64,000 bases of DNA from an uncultured Candidatus Saccharibacteria bacterium (GCA_964446735.1 CAYUQB010000001.1:380460-444459); one strand, 5' to 3'; counted from the first letter of the stretch, positions 9,696-19,580 are shown. The notes: generated by a model from the letters alone, not told the origin. Translations and numbers: made by a program.

Positions 9696-10940
9696 TTGTA
9701 CTCGACAATTCAACCTGCACATCGGGAGCACACGATGGATATCGCATCCGTTCAAACCGTTACCCTGCCCGATGGCAGGAAAGTGAACGTATCCGCCACC
9801 GAAGAGCCGTGGTGGAGTATGGACGACACGTCCGGCTACGTCGACCCGCACACCATAGCCGCAGATCCGGACCAGCCACGACGCTTCATGAAAGCGACCG
9901 ATCTGGAGGAGCTGGAGGAAAGCGTACGGGAATGTGGCGTCAGACAACACATCGTCGTCACTCCCCGACATCTGGCCCCGTGGGCTCGGGTCCTCCCCGA
10001 GGAAGAGCACTGCTTCTTCCTCAACGTGAGCGGACACCGCCGAAAGAAGTGCGCGGTCAAGTCCGGTCAACGCGCGGTTCCGATCCACATCCGGGTTTAC
10101 GCTGACCAAGATGCGCACGAACGCGATCGTTCGGTCCTGAATGCCGCGCACTCGGAGCTCACTGCCCTTGAAGAAGGGTGGGAGATGCTCAATCACCGCG
10201 AGCGTGGCTGGAAGATCGAGAAGATTGCGCGCACCTTCGGCAAGTCCGTGCCGGAAGTCTACCGGCGCATCAACCTGACGAGGCTTCATCCAGAGATCCA
10301 GGCGCTCTTGTCGCCCGAGCTTGAGGAGAAGAAGCGATTGTCGGTGGTGGTGGGCTCGGCGCTCGGCGGGCTCAAGGAACCGACGCGGGAGGAACTTCTC
10401 GACCTGTACCGGAAATTCGGCGAGGGCCTGCCCGGCTTCGAGCACCTGGCTGACCTCGATGAAGAAGAGGAGGACTTCGAGGAAGAATCGGACTCGAACG
10501 ACCGGGCCGCAGCCGACGTGCGCCGGTTTACCGCCCAGAAGCTTCTGTTGGCGTACACGGCCAGCAAGTACATGAGCGGAGTGCGCGCTGCAGCCTTCAT
10601 CAAGGACGAGTCGCACCACCTCGAAGCTTCTCGCGGACATTCCGGAGCGGGCCGACCGGTCACTCGGTTCGAGCCCCGCAAGCGCAAAGAGGTCATCAAG
10701 GGACTCGTGAAGCTTGTCACCGGTTCGCCGGTGATGGACTGGAACCCACGGGAGCTTGAGCGCATTTTCGATCTTTCCTCCCGCGAGGAGATCGAAGAAG
10801 TGATCGGGCAGCTCAAGAGCGTCACCGGATTCCTCGAGGGTCTCATCACGGTCCTCGAGCGACTCCGTGATCGTAAGCAGCCCATGCGTCCAGAAACACG
10901 CCGCATTATGGAGCAGCGAGCGCGGGCGGCGGGCGGCTGA
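9696..10940 (+). CDS. ParB/Srx-like nuclease-domain protein with HTH (atypical GHRR box)
   Basis: DPDQPRRFMKATDLEELEESVRECGVRQHIVV...FFLNVSGHRRKKCAVKSGQRAVPIHI resembles the ParB N-terminal box (GERRxRA becomes GHRRKKCA); GWKIEKIARTFGKSVPEVYRRINLTRL is a ParB-type HTH; acidic stretch LDEEEEDFEEESD; GC-rich; the antisense ORF 9450-10640 is judged spurious. Confidence 0.6.
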   Translation: MYSTIQPAHREHTMDIASVQTVTLPDGRKVNVSATEEPWWSMDDTSGYVDPHTIAADPDQPRRFMKATDLEELEESVRECGVRQHIVVTPRHLAPWARVLPEEEHCFFLNVSGHRRKKCAVKSGQRAVPIHIRVYADQDAHERDRSVLNAAHSELTALEEGWEMLNHRERGWKIEKIARTFGKSVPEVYRRINLTRLHPEIQALLSPELEEKKRLSVVVGSALGGLKEPTREELLDLYRKFGEGLPGFEHLADLDEEEEDFEEESDSNDRAAADVRRFTAQKLLLAYTASKYMSGVRAAAFIKDESHHLEASRGHSGAGRPVTRFEPRKRKEVIKGLVKLVTGSPVMDWNPRELERIFDLSSREEIEEVIGQLKSVTGFLEGLITVLERLRDRKQPMRPETRRIMEQRARAAGG

Positions 10941-10959
10941 TAGTTTGTACAGTAAATTG

Positions 10960-10983
10960 TGGGCGCGCCTCGCGGCGCGCCCA
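10960..10983. terminator. bidirectional GC hairpin between ParB-like gene and CYTH gene
   Basis: tgggcgcgcc-tcgc-ggcgcgccca. Confidence 0.5.
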
Positions 10984-10995
10984 CGTTAATTATGC

Positions 10996-11565
10996 TCACT
11001 CGTTTGTCCCGAACCGCTTCTCCAAAAGTTGAATGTCGTACCGACGCACTCCGATATCCGCAGGCGAAATCCCAAGAGATACTAAGAATTCCCGAAGCTG
11101 TTGACTTATCGTATCGACATCTGCGTCATGGTCGGCACACTGCTCCACTTCGATAAAAGACCCCAGACCCTCCACCTCATCCAAACAAATCTCCCAATTC
11201 TTGAGATGCGCGCTTGTTCGCGTCTTAGTAATTTCAAGCATAGGTTCAAACCCCAAGAGAGTGAGCATCGCTTCCAGTTCGGAACGAGAGCTCACATCCA
11301 CCTCATGCTCTATCGGCATCGACGCGTCACGTACATCACGCGTTCGGTCCGGATGATATTTCAGGGTGAACGTGACGGTTGTTGGTGTCTGGCGAATACG
11401 AAGGAATACCTCATTCCCAAGAAATGCATCCATGGATTGGGTACGCCTGGCGTACACGACGTCTTCCTGCCGCACTGCTTCGACAAATGACGCTCCTAAT
11501 TCCTCGAGCTTTCGCTTTACCTCCTCCCGATCGCGCAGATGCGCCTTCACTTCAATCTCGCGCAT
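10996..11565 (-). CDS. CYTH-domain protein (class IV adenylate cyclase/CyaB-like, triphosphate tunnel)
   Basis: MREIEVKAHL... start and EIEVK/EICLDEVEGLGSFIEVE pattern typical of the CYTH/CyaB family. Confidence 0.55.
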   Translation of the reverse strand: MREIEVKAHLRDREEVKRKLEELGASFVEAVRQEDVVYARRTQSMDAFLGNEVFLRIRQTPTTVTFTLKYHPDRTRDVRDASMPIEHEVDVSSRSELEAMLTLLGFEPMLEITKTRTSAHLKNWEICLDEVEGLGSFIEVEQCADHDADVDTISQQLREFLVSLGISPADIGVRRYDIQLLEKRFGTNE

Positions 11566-11566
11566 A

Positions 11567-11959
11567 TCAGTTCTTCCCCTCTCTGCGATACCGTTCTTTC
11601 ACCTCCTTGTACGCTGCTTCGGTACCGGGATTTGCGCCATGCGCTTCCCGGTTGAATATCTCAACCGGGTATTTCTCCTCCACTTTCTCCAGTTTCTCCC
11701 GAAGAATCTCCTCAACATCAAGGTTGAGCGTCACCGCCATTTCGAAACAATAGATCATCACGTCGGCAAGTTCCTTGCGGATCGCTTCCATTTTCTCTGC
11801 GTCCGCCTGTACCTCATGCGGTGGTTGGTTATCCCACTGAAAAACCTCAAGAAGCTCCGCGCCTTCGATCATGACCGACTTGGCAAGATCTGCGGGACGA
11901 AGTTCATCCCACCCACGCTCCGCAAGGTGCTTGCGTATGATCTCTGAAAATTCCTGCAT
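11567..11959 (-). CDS. MazG-like nucleotide pyrophosphohydrolase
   Basis: DLAKSVMIEGAELLEVFQW and ELADVMIYCFEMA, the EExxE/D metal-binding helices of all-alpha NTP-PPases. Confidence 0.6.
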   Translation of the reverse strand: MQEFSEIIRKHLAERGWDELRPADLAKSVMIEGAELLEVFQWDNQPPHEVQADAEKMEAIRKELADVMIYCFEMAVTLNLDVEEILREKLEKVEEKYPVEIFNREAHGANPGTEAAYKEVKERYRREGKN

Positions 11960-11976
11960 GAAGGCAGTATATCTCG

Positions 11977-12627
11977 CTAGATTCCTACCAAAAGTCTAAA
12001 GAGATACGACACAAACGCCGAGAACGGTGCAGCCAAAAGGAAATAAAAGACGAGAAGAAATGCAACCAGTGTCATGATGCCCCCTTGTGCAAAGCGTGCC
12101 TCGAACTGACGGAATCCCATCGCGTACTTATAAGGGAGTAGCCCTCGAATGAAAGTAAACCCATCGAGGGGTGGGATAGGAATGAGATTAAAAAGACCGA
12201 GGAAGAGGTTTACGAGTGCAATGATGCCGCAGGCCTGCGCGAATACGTCCATACCAGATGCAAGCGTGTACCGGGCGAGAAGTCCAAACACAACCGCAAG
12301 GAGGAGGTTCGTTGCAACACCCGCGAGTGCAACGACCGCCTCTCCCCATCGCTGATTCCGCAGGTTGTAGGGATTGTAGGGAACCGGTTTCGCCCAACCA
12401 AAGAGAAACCCTCCCGGTGAGATAACGCAGAGAAACGGCACCAAAATGGAGCCGATCGGATCAATATGAGGGGCCGGATTGAGGGTAAGCCGTCCTGCGA
12501 ACTTGGCGGTGGTGTCCCCCAGCATGAGTGCCGCGTATCCATGCGCCACTTCGTGGATGATGATGGAGATGATGAGGATGACGAAATAGAAGATCTGCAG
12601 CTCTAATTGCATACGATGTTGCCACAT
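11977..12627 (-). CDS. site-2 protease family (M50) zinc metalloprotease
   Basis: HEVAHG motif inside a TM helix; polytopic membrane protein. Confidence 0.7.
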   Translation of the reverse strand: MWQHRMQLELQIFYFVILIISIIIHEVAHGYAALMLGDTTAKFAGRLTLNPAPHIDPIGSILVPFLCVISPGGFLFGWAKPVPYNPYNLRNQRWGEAVVALAGVATNLLLAVVFGLLARYTLASGMDVFAQACGIIALVNLFLGLFNLIPIPPLDGFTFIRGLLPYKYAMGFRQFEARFAQGGIMTLVAFLLVFYFLLAAPFSAFVSYLFRLLVGI

Positions 12628-12644
12628 GCTAGCATGGCGAAACT

Positions 12645-12887
12645 ATGGCACGAAGCTGCGATATAACCGGAAAGAGCACCCAGATCGGCGGACGGTATAG
12701 CAACCGGACGCGTGCGACGCAGTTCAATCCAACCGGAAAAGTTCGCCGCAAAGCCAATCTCCAGAAGCGACGTATTTACGTTGCGGAGCTCGGTAAGTCA
12801 GTACTGATAGACGTTTCCGCAAAAGGTATGCGACACGTGAAGCGGAACGGTGCGTACGCCACCCTCAAGAAAGCAGGAATTGTGTAA
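12645..12887 (+). CDS. rpmB: 50S ribosomal protein L28
   Basis: MARSCDITGKSTQIGGRYSN...SAKGMRHVKRNG. Confidence 0.8.
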   Translation: MARSCDITGKSTQIGGRYSNRTRATQFNPTGKVRRKANLQKRRIYVAELGKSVLIDVSAKGMRHVKRNGAYATLKKAGIV

Positions 12888-12919
12888 AGAACAGGCCGGT
12901 CCCAAGACCGGCCTTTTCT

Positions 12920-13789
12920 TTATTCACGCACGACCGTTTTCCCATCACTGACAAAGGTAACCGTACCCTCTATAGTCGAGACCATTGCTGCTCCCTCTTG
13001 TCTTATACGCTCAACCGTCTCTGCGTGCGGATGTCCGTATGAGTTATCTTCCCCTGCCGAGATCACCACAATCTTGGGATCGACTGCCGCGAGCCACAAA
13101 CTGTCGGTCGAGTGACGAGAACCATGGTGACCGGCCTTGAGAACATCACTTCGCAACCGCCCACTTCCTTCGTCGAGTGCAACGAGATAGTCCTCGGAAG
13201 GACTTCCAAGATCACCAGTGAACATAAATGAGGTTTCGCCATACCTCACCTGGAGTACGATCGACCCCTCGTTGGTCTCTTTCTGCTGCGATTGGTCGCG
13301 GTCAGGATAGAGGACATCCGCATATACACCTCCACCAAGATGAAGCCGCATACCCCGCCGCACGATGGTGTGTGCCACACCAGATTCCTTTTCAACCATC
13401 TCGGCAACGTGTCGCGCATGGGGTGTGGCGTCAGGAATGCCCGACTCAAGGTACGCCCTTACCTGGTAGCGTTCGAGTACATCACCGAGGCCAGCGATGT
13501 GATCTTTGTCCGGATGGGTCTCTATGACTACATCAAGTGTTCGGTCCCAAGGAGGAACCTCTCGTGAGAGCTGCCTCAGCACGGACCGGTCAGGACCGCC
13601 GTCAATGAGCATCTGCACTCCTGTAGGACTCTCAATCAAGAGCGCGTCGCCCTGACCGACATCGAGAAAAGAAACCGTGAGCACCCGATGATTCGGACGA
13701 AACGCATACAGTATGATCACGCTGTTAATGAGTACCAAGACAAGCAGTACGAATGTGTACCACGCAATTCGTCGGCTGCTCGGCTGCAT
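12920..13789 (-). CDS. ComEC/Rec2-type MBL-fold metallo-hydrolase (membrane anchored)
   Basis: N-terminal TM; DVGQGDALLIE, HPDKDHIAG and GHHGS motifs characteristic of the ComEC beta-lactamase domain. Confidence 0.65.
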   Translation of the reverse strand: MQPSSRRIAWYTFVLLVLVLINSVIILYAFRPNHRVLTVSFLDVGQGDALLIESPTGVQMLIDGGPDRSVLRQLSREVPPWDRTLDVVIETHPDKDHIAGLGDVLERYQVRAYLESGIPDATPHARHVAEMVEKESGVAHTIVRRGMRLHLGGGVYADVLYPDRDQSQQKETNEGSIVLQVRYGETSFMFTGDLGSPSEDYLVALDEGSGRLRSDVLKAGHHGSRHSTDSLWLAAVDPKIVVISAGEDNSYGHPHAETVERIRQEGAAMVSTIEGTVTFVSDGKTVVRE

Positions 13790-13806
13790 AGCCGTAAGTA
13801 TAGATT

Positions 13807-14133
13807 GTGTACACTAGGCGTATGAAGGACTACCAAAAAGAAGTGGATGCCTGGTTCACCCAAAAGGGCTGGGAGTACTGGGAACCACTTGCCATCACCG
13901 CTCGGCTGTATGAAGAAGGCGGAGAGTTCGCGCGCCTCGTGAATCACGTGTATGGACCTAAAAAGAAACGCCTGGACGAGAAGGTCCAGGATATGGAAGA
14001 GGAGATAGGCGATATCATTTACACGCTTATCTGTTTTGCGAATTCACACGGTATCAACCTCGATGACGCGATACGCAAGTCGCTCGATAAAGTAATGGAG
14101 CGAGACAAAGATCGCTACTCGAAAGAGAGCTAG
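13807..14133 (+). CDS. MazG-like nucleotide pyrophosphohydrolase (second copy)
   Basis: EEGGEFARLV and EEIGDIIYTLICFANSHGINLDDAI. Confidence 0.6.
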   Translation: MYTRRMKDYQKEVDAWFTQKGWEYWEPLAITARLYEEGGEFARLVNHVYGPKKKRLDEKVQDMEEEIGDIIYTLICFANSHGINLDDAIRKSLDKVMERDKDRYSKES

Positions 14134-14396
14134 TGCAGCGTCGGCTTTATACCTAGTTCGCGTAGCACGGTATCAAGTGCCGCTTCACTTGTTTCGTCGA
14201 CGCGTTTTGGATGAGCTTCAAGCCATCGGTCAAAGCGAGCCGACGGCGAAGACTCGCTTCCGTCAGCTATCCAAGCAAGAATCGGAGACTCTTTCGTAGG
14301 AAACGCGCGTTGAGCAAGTGCTGCTTGGAGGTGATTCTTATACCGCAACGCCTCTTCACGAGGGTCAGGTCGAGACTCCATCGGGAGTGCTTCCAT
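14130..14396 (-). CDS. hypothetical protein
   Basis: 88-aa ORF, no family recognised. Confidence 0.25.
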   Translation of the reverse strand: MEALPMESRPDPREEALRYKNHLQAALAQRAFPTKESPILAWIADGSESSPSARFDRWLEAHPKRVDETSEAALDTVLRELGIKPTLH

Positions 14397-14446
14397 ATGA
14401 AAAGCATACCACCACCCTTCATTCGCACTTGGTATACTGCCGGCAT

Positions 14447-15040
14447 ATGACCTATACCGCCCGCACGTTTTCCCTTCCAGAACTCACCGGCCTCTCGCCT
14501 AAGCAAATCGAGGTCCATCTTGCTCTCTATCAGGGCTACGTAAAGCATGTGAATCTCATCATGGAGAAGATCGCTGCATACAAAGCTGCTGACGCCGAAG
14601 GTAACGCCTATGCCATTAATGAGCTGCGGCGGCGCCTCGGATTCGAGTTCGATGGTATGCGAATGCACGAGTACTACTTCGAGCAATTGGAAGGAGGATT
14701 ACATCCTCCAGAGGCTTCTGGTCCGCTCATGAACGCCGCGACCGAAAAATACGGGAGCTGGGACGCGTTCATTGGACATATCAAAGAAGTGTCTGGAACA
14801 CGCGGTATTGGATGGACCGTCGTGTACCACGACCCCATCGGCACGACACTCCACACTGCCTTCGTTGAGGATCATCAACTTGGTCAGCTCGCCGGCCTCC
14901 CCATTATTCTTGCAGTCGATCTGTGGGAGCACGCATACATGGTCGACTACGTCCCAGCACAAAAAGCCACCTACGTCGAAGCGTTTCTGGATAACGTCAA
15001 CTGGGCGGCGGTTGAGGCGCGATTTTCAAACGCAAGTTAG
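14447..15040 (+). CDS. sodA: Fe/Mn superoxide dismutase
   Basis: FSLPELTGLSPKQIEVHLALYQGYVKHVN N-terminus and C-terminal DLWEHAYMVDY (DxWEHAYY ligand motif); start chosen at internal ATG 14447, in frame with ORF 14318. Confidence 0.7.
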   Translation: MTYTARTFSLPELTGLSPKQIEVHLALYQGYVKHVNLIMEKIAAYKAADAEGNAYAINELRRRLGFEFDGMRMHEYYFEQLEGGLHPPEASGPLMNAATEKYGSWDAFIGHIKEVSGTRGIGWTVVYHDPIGTTLHTAFVEDHQLGQLAGLPIILAVDLWEHAYMVDYVPAQKATYVEAFLDNVNWAAVEARFSNAS

Positions 15041-15073
15041 TAAGACGCAGAAAGCTCCGGTTTTGCTGAGGGA

Positions 15074-15505
15074 TTAGGAATCGAACCTTGCTTTATCCAT
15101 TGCACGGTTCGCAAGCGCATCAGCGTCTGTATTGTTCTCGCGATACACATGCTCGAAAGAAACGGTACCGAACGAACGGGTAAGCAAATTCTTCACCTCA
15201 AGATACCGGGGAACGAGATTTGGATGCTTCACCTTATACGCTCCTTTTAGTTGTTCGATAACAAGTTTGCTGTCCATCCGAATAACGAGCGGAATGGTTT
15301 TCAGATGGTCGGGTGGGTATGCACCTATGAGCTCCTTCAGACCTCGAATAACCGCCTCGTATTCAGCAATGTTATTCGTCGCAACGCCTAAGTAATCAGA
15401 CACTTCGACAACGCGTTTGCCGAGCTCGTCAAAGACCACCGCACCAGCACCTGCGGGTCCCGGATTTCCCCGAGCGCCGCCATCGGCATACAGTGTAAAT
15501 TGCAT
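15074..15505 (-). CDS. rnhA: ribonuclease HI
   Basis: MQFTLYADGGARGNPGPAGAG...AEYEAVIRGL...TDADALANRA. Confidence 0.85.
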   Translation of the reverse strand: MQFTLYADGGARGNPGPAGAGAVVFDELGKRVVEVSDYLGVATNNIAEYEAVIRGLKELIGAYPPDHLKTIPLVIRMDSKLVIEQLKGAYKVKHPNLVPRYLEVKNLLTRSFGTVSFEHVYRENNTDADALANRAMDKARFDS

Positions 15506-15522
15506 GACGTTCAGTATACGCT

Positions 15523-17244
15523 CTAGCGCACTGCGAGAATGCGCAGTCGTACCGGCGAACGCCGTGAAAACTGATTGCGTTCAAGATGTCCCAAGAGGTT
15601 GATGCGACTACCCGATGCAAGCTCTGCGCACGAACGGCCGAGTCCGCGTTTTGCATAGAACGAGATCGCCTCGACCACACCTGTATTGAACTCGTCTCGA
15701 GCGAGTGTGAGCCGTAGATGCTCCCCGGATTTTCCGAACCATGCTACGTCAGTCAGTAACACGTCATGGAACGCGAAGATCGGCTTGTCATTTTTCATGC
15801 CAAACGGCGCGAAACGCTCGAGTGATGCAAGCAGTCTTGGGGAGATGTCGGTTGGTGTAAGCGGGGCATCGGCCTTCCATTCCTCGACGTCATGGGAAGG
15901 AAGTTTCTGGAATGCAGCACAGAGCCGCGATTCGAGTTCAAAAATGTTCTCCGGAGCGACTGAAAATCCACCCGAAGCGGCATGTCCGCCAAATTCAAGA
16001 AATGCATCTGTCGCCATATGCATCAGTTCATTCACGTTCGTCTTTCCCCCTGCGCGACACGACCCCTTGAGTGTGTTGTTTCCCTCCCGACCCCATAGGA
16101 AGACCGGCCGTTCGTACTCTTCTGCGATGCCGTTTGCAACTAATCCAAGAAGTCCTGGTCGCCACTCAGGATCACCGAGTACGATGACCTCCGGAAGCGG
16201 GCTTGTGAGTGCCCGCGTAGCGAGCCGTTCGTGTGCCGCCTTCGTGATAGCGCCCGCACTTGCCCTGCGAGAACGGTTCGCTGACTCCAACACCTTTGCA
16301 AGCGTCTCTGCTTCAGCTTCGTCCGGAGTCGTGAAGAGTCGAAATGCGTCCCGCGGATCGCCCATCCTCGATGCAGCGTTCACCCGAGGCGCAAGTGAAA
16401 ACCCCACATCATCCTCAGTGATTCGTCGTTGATCAACGCGCGCGATTTTGCACAACTTCTGCAATCCCAATCGAGGAGACTTTCGCATGACCAGAAGACC
16501 GTACGCAGCGATCACACGATTCTCTCCAATGAGCGGAACCATATCAGCTATGGTGGAAAGTCCTGCCATATCAAGAAGCCATTTCTCCCACCCCGCCGGT
16601 ATCTCTTCTCGTCCGGGAAATCCGTGTGAGAGCGTTGCGCACACGAGCTTCCATGCGAGCCCGCCGCCACACAACTCTTTAAAAGGATACGGTTCATTCG
16701 GTCGAGCCTTTGGATCGATGACTGCATAGGCAGGGGGCAGCTCGCCGGATGGTAAGTGGTGGTCGGTCACAATGACTTCCATACCAAGCTCATGTGCACG
16801 TGCCACTGCTTCGTTGTCGACAATGCCGACGTCGACCGTCACGATGAGTTTCGTTCCCTCCCGTGCAAGTTTTTCAATACCGGAGATATTAATGCCATAC
16901 CCTTCGAGATGGCGATGCGGGATGTAATTATCGAAATTCGCACCCGCTTTCTTCAGAAAGTCATGGAGGACAACTGCACCCGGTATACCGTCACAGTCGT
17001 AATCGCTCCAGACAGTAATGCGCTCTCCACTCCCAATTGCACGTGCGACACGCTCTGCCGCCTTGGGCATATCCGTAAGAAGCATCGGGTCGTGAATATG
17101 TTCGTCATATGAGGGCGAGAAGAAGGCTTCTGCCGCTTCGGGCGTAGTAATACCGCGTCGTACCAGGAGCGCTGCGGTAAAGTCGTCGTATGCAGTCAGT
17201 GCATCACGGAGATCAGGAGTAAGAGGATCATGGAGCGAGAACAT
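15523..17244 (-). CDS. recJ: single-stranded-DNA-specific exonuclease RecJ
   Basis: DHH family: VWSDYDCDGIPGAVVLHDFL, VTDHHLP; 573 aa. Confidence 0.85.
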   Translation of the reverse strand: MFSLHDPLTPDLRDALTAYDDFTAALLVRRGITTPEAAEAFFSPSYDEHIHDPMLLTDMPKAAERVARAIGSGERITVWSDYDCDGIPGAVVLHDFLKKAGANFDNYIPHRHLEGYGINISGIEKLAREGTKLIVTVDVGIVDNEAVARAHELGMEVIVTDHHLPSGELPPAYAVIDPKARPNEPYPFKELCGGGLAWKLVCATLSHGFPGREEIPAGWEKWLLDMAGLSTIADMVPLIGENRVIAAYGLLVMRKSPRLGLQKLCKIARVDQRRITEDDVGFSLAPRVNAASRMGDPRDAFRLFTTPDEAEAETLAKVLESANRSRRASAGAITKAAHERLATRALTSPLPEVIVLGDPEWRPGLLGLVANGIAEEYERPVFLWGREGNNTLKGSCRAGGKTNVNELMHMATDAFLEFGGHAASGGFSVAPENIFELESRLCAAFQKLPSHDVEEWKADAPLTPTDISPRLLASLERFAPFGMKNDKPIFAFHDVLLTDVAWFGKSGEHLRLTLARDEFNTGVVEAISFYAKRGLGRSCAELASGSRINLLGHLERNQFSRRSPVRLRILAVR

Positions 17245-17289
17245 CGTTCCGAGATTGTATCAAAATTTGGGTGCGGTATCCTACCTGCT

Positions 17290-17712
17290 ATGGAAGACAC
17301 CGTATTCGGAAAGATTCTGCGGGGAGAAATCCCTCCTGGGGCAGGGCTCGTATACGAAAATGCCGATACGCTTGCATTCCTCGACATCCATCCCAACCAC
17401 CCCGGTCACACGCTCGTCATCCCGAAGCAACCCTCACGCAACGTTCTCGATATTAGTGAGGAATCATGGCTGGCATTGATGCGAACTGCCCGGATGCTTG
17501 CCCCAATCATCATGAAGGCAATGAACGCTGACGGAGTGAACATATATATGAACAACGAACCCGCGGGAAGCCAGGCAGTGTTTTACACGCACGTCCATAT
17601 TATTCCTCGTTTTACTGGAGACGGGTTCCCCACCTTTCCGCCCGGTGCCTACAAAGAAGGTGAGGCTGACGCTACCCTACGCACTATCCGAGAAGCGCTC
17701 AACGCTTCGTAA
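17290..17712 (+). CDS. HIT-family hydrolase
   Basis: MEDTVFGKILRGEIP start and histidine-triad HVHIIPR; start set at the internal ATG (17290) rather than the ORF-track 17230. Confidence 0.75.
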   Translation: MEDTVFGKILRGEIPPGAGLVYENADTLAFLDIHPNHPGHTLVIPKQPSRNVLDISEESWLALMRTARMLAPIIMKAMNADGVNIYMNNEPAGSQAVFYTHVHIIPRFTGDGFPTFPPGAYKEGEADATLRTIREALNAS

Positions 17713-18838
17713 GCGCTTCAATACCAGGGAGGGTACCGTACGCAAGAAAGTCGAGCATCGCACCGCCGCCAGTTGATACGAACGAGAACTTCGAGGTAAG
17801 TCCGAGTACCTCAAGTGCCGCTACCGTATCTCCCCCACCAAGTACGCTGAAGGCCGAGCTCGCCGTAATCATACGGGCGAGTTGTTCGGTCGCTTTCGTA
17901 TACCCCGTCTCGTATCGTCCGAGCGTGCCGTTCCAGAGAATGGTTTTTGCTTTCTTAATGTATGGGCCGAGTGCTTCAATAGAGGCCGGACCAATATCAA
18001 GTATGGCCACATCCTTAGGCACACTATCGACACCAACCACTCGGGAAGAGCCCACAGCGGCATCAGGTGCGTTCACGATAACGTCGCGTGGTACTAGAAG
18101 ATCAAGATTGGTGAGGAGGCGACGCATCTCGCGCATGTCACCACCTGAAGTGAGTGAACGACCTACTTCGTGCCCTTCTGCTTGAATGAAATCATTGGCA
18201 AGCGCACCGCCGATGAACACCTTGTCGTATCCTCCGAGCAACGAAACAATGACTGGCTCCTTGGTCGCAAACTTCGCACCAGCAATGATCGCCAGAGAGG
18301 GAGCCTTCGGCGTGAGCGCTTTCCGTAACTGCCGTACTTCTTCTTCAAGAAGAAACCCTGCGTAACTCGGGAGGTGACGGGGAACCCCCACCACGGATGC
18401 ATGTTCGCGGTGGCATACATCAAATGAATCCTCGACAAACATATCAGCAAGCGAGGCGAGTTCGTGCGCAAATTCCGGATCGTTCATTTTCTCCCCACGA
18501 TGACGACGTAGGTTCTCGAGCATCAGCACATCGCCAGGACGCATACGCGCGACGGCATCTTGCGCTTCACTACCAATCGACACCGGACAGAATGAGAGCG
18601 ACGGAACGAATGACTGGAGCGCTCGGTATACCGGCTCGAGAGTTTCAGTGCCGTGGTCGCCAATATGACCACACAAAATAACCCGAGCTCCCTTTTTCTG
18701 GAGATAGTGGATCGTGGGTAGTGCCTGACGAAGTCGGTACGTATTAACGACGGTGCCGTTTTCAACCGGTACATTAAGTGCCGCGCGCACCAGCACGGCC
18801 GCTCCCATTGGCCGAGAAATCTTCTTGACGCTCCGCAT
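17699..18838 (-). CDS. pgk: phosphoglycerate kinase
   Basis: LVRAALNVP, GGGDT, STGGGAMLDFL motifs. Confidence 0.85.
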   Translation of the reverse strand: MRSVKKISRPMGAAVLVRAALNVPVENGTVVNTYRLRQALPTIHYLQKKGARVILCGHIGDHGTETLEPVYRALQSFVPSLSFCPVSIGSEAQDAVARMRPGDVLMLENLRRHRGEKMNDPEFAHELASLADMFVEDSFDVCHREHASVVGVPRHLPSYAGFLLEEEVRQLRKALTPKAPSLAIIAGAKFATKEPVIVSLLGGYDKVFIGGALANDFIQAEGHEVGRSLTSGGDMREMRRLLTNLDLLVPRDVIVNAPDAAVGSSRVVGVDSVPKDVAILDIGPASIEALGPYIKKAKTILWNGTLGRYETGYTKATEQLARMITASSAFSVLGGGDTVAALEVLGLTSKFSFVSTGGGAMLDFLAYGTLPGIEALTKR

Positions 18839-18839
18839 A

Positions 18840-19580
18840 CTACGATACCGCTTTTACCAGTGCGCCGAACATCGTTGTGTCGGTACTCGCACGTCCTATG
18901 AGAAAGCCATCAATACCAGTTGCCGCTGCAAGTGTGCGTGCATTCACGGGCTCCACGGAGCCACCATACAAAATACGCACTTTCTGGTTTCCCTTTCCCG
19001 GAAGATACTCTCCCAGAAGTTTTCGTAGATAGAGCACCATTTCAGTTAGATCTGAAGGGGTGATCGCGCTACTCGCGGCTTTGCCAATCGCCCAGATAGG
19101 CTCATACGCAATCACCAACCCTCGACGGTCTTTTTCTGAAAGGGACGAGAACACCGAATCAATCTGGGTACGCAGACGGGATAGGTAGCGAGCTTCTGGA
19201 TCGCGTTCCGTCTCCCCAATGCACACGATGGGCGTGAGCCCCTGGGCAAGCGCCAGACGAACTTTCTCGCTGACCGTCAGGTCGGTCTCGCCCATAGCAC
19301 GGCGTTCGGAATGTCCGATGATGACATACGAGACTCGCATGTTCGCAAGAAGACTAGCCGTGACTTCTCCGGTTGCTGCACCTCCTGCATGTACCGATAC
19401 GTCCTGCGCAGCAAATAAGACTTTCGAACGGTTACTGGCGACGAGGTACCCCAGGTGCGGGAGCGAGGGTGCGAGCACAATCTCGTGTGTGCCGCTGGTG
19501 AGGCGTTTTGCGGTCGCATACAACCGCTTGGCCTTTTCAAGGGTTTCGACGTACGCTTTCCAGTTTCCGACGATGAGCAT
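18840..19580 (-). CDS. tpiA: triosephosphate isomerase
   Basis: MLIVGNWKAY, IGHSERR, AYEPIWAIG; start at internal Met of ORF 18840-19625. Confidence 0.85.
   Translation of the reverse strand: MLIVGNWKAYVETLEKAKRLYATAKRLTSGTHEIVLAPSLPHLGYLVASNRSKVLFAAQDVSVHAGGAATGEVTASLLANMRVSYVIIGHSERRAMGETDLTVSEKVRLALAQGLTPIVCIGETERDPEARYLSRLRTQIDSVFSSLSEKDRRGLVIAYEPIWAIGKAASSAITPSDLTEMVLYLRKLLGEYLPGKGNQKVRILYGGSVEPVNARTLAAATGIDGFLIGRASTDTTMFGALVKAVS

Noticed and set aside
9450-10640. 396-aa minus-strand ORF opposite the ParB-like gene
   Set aside because: High GC keeps several frames open. The plus-strand frame contains the ParB box and HTH, and the minus-strand product is low-complexity with no motif, so it is treated as spurious.
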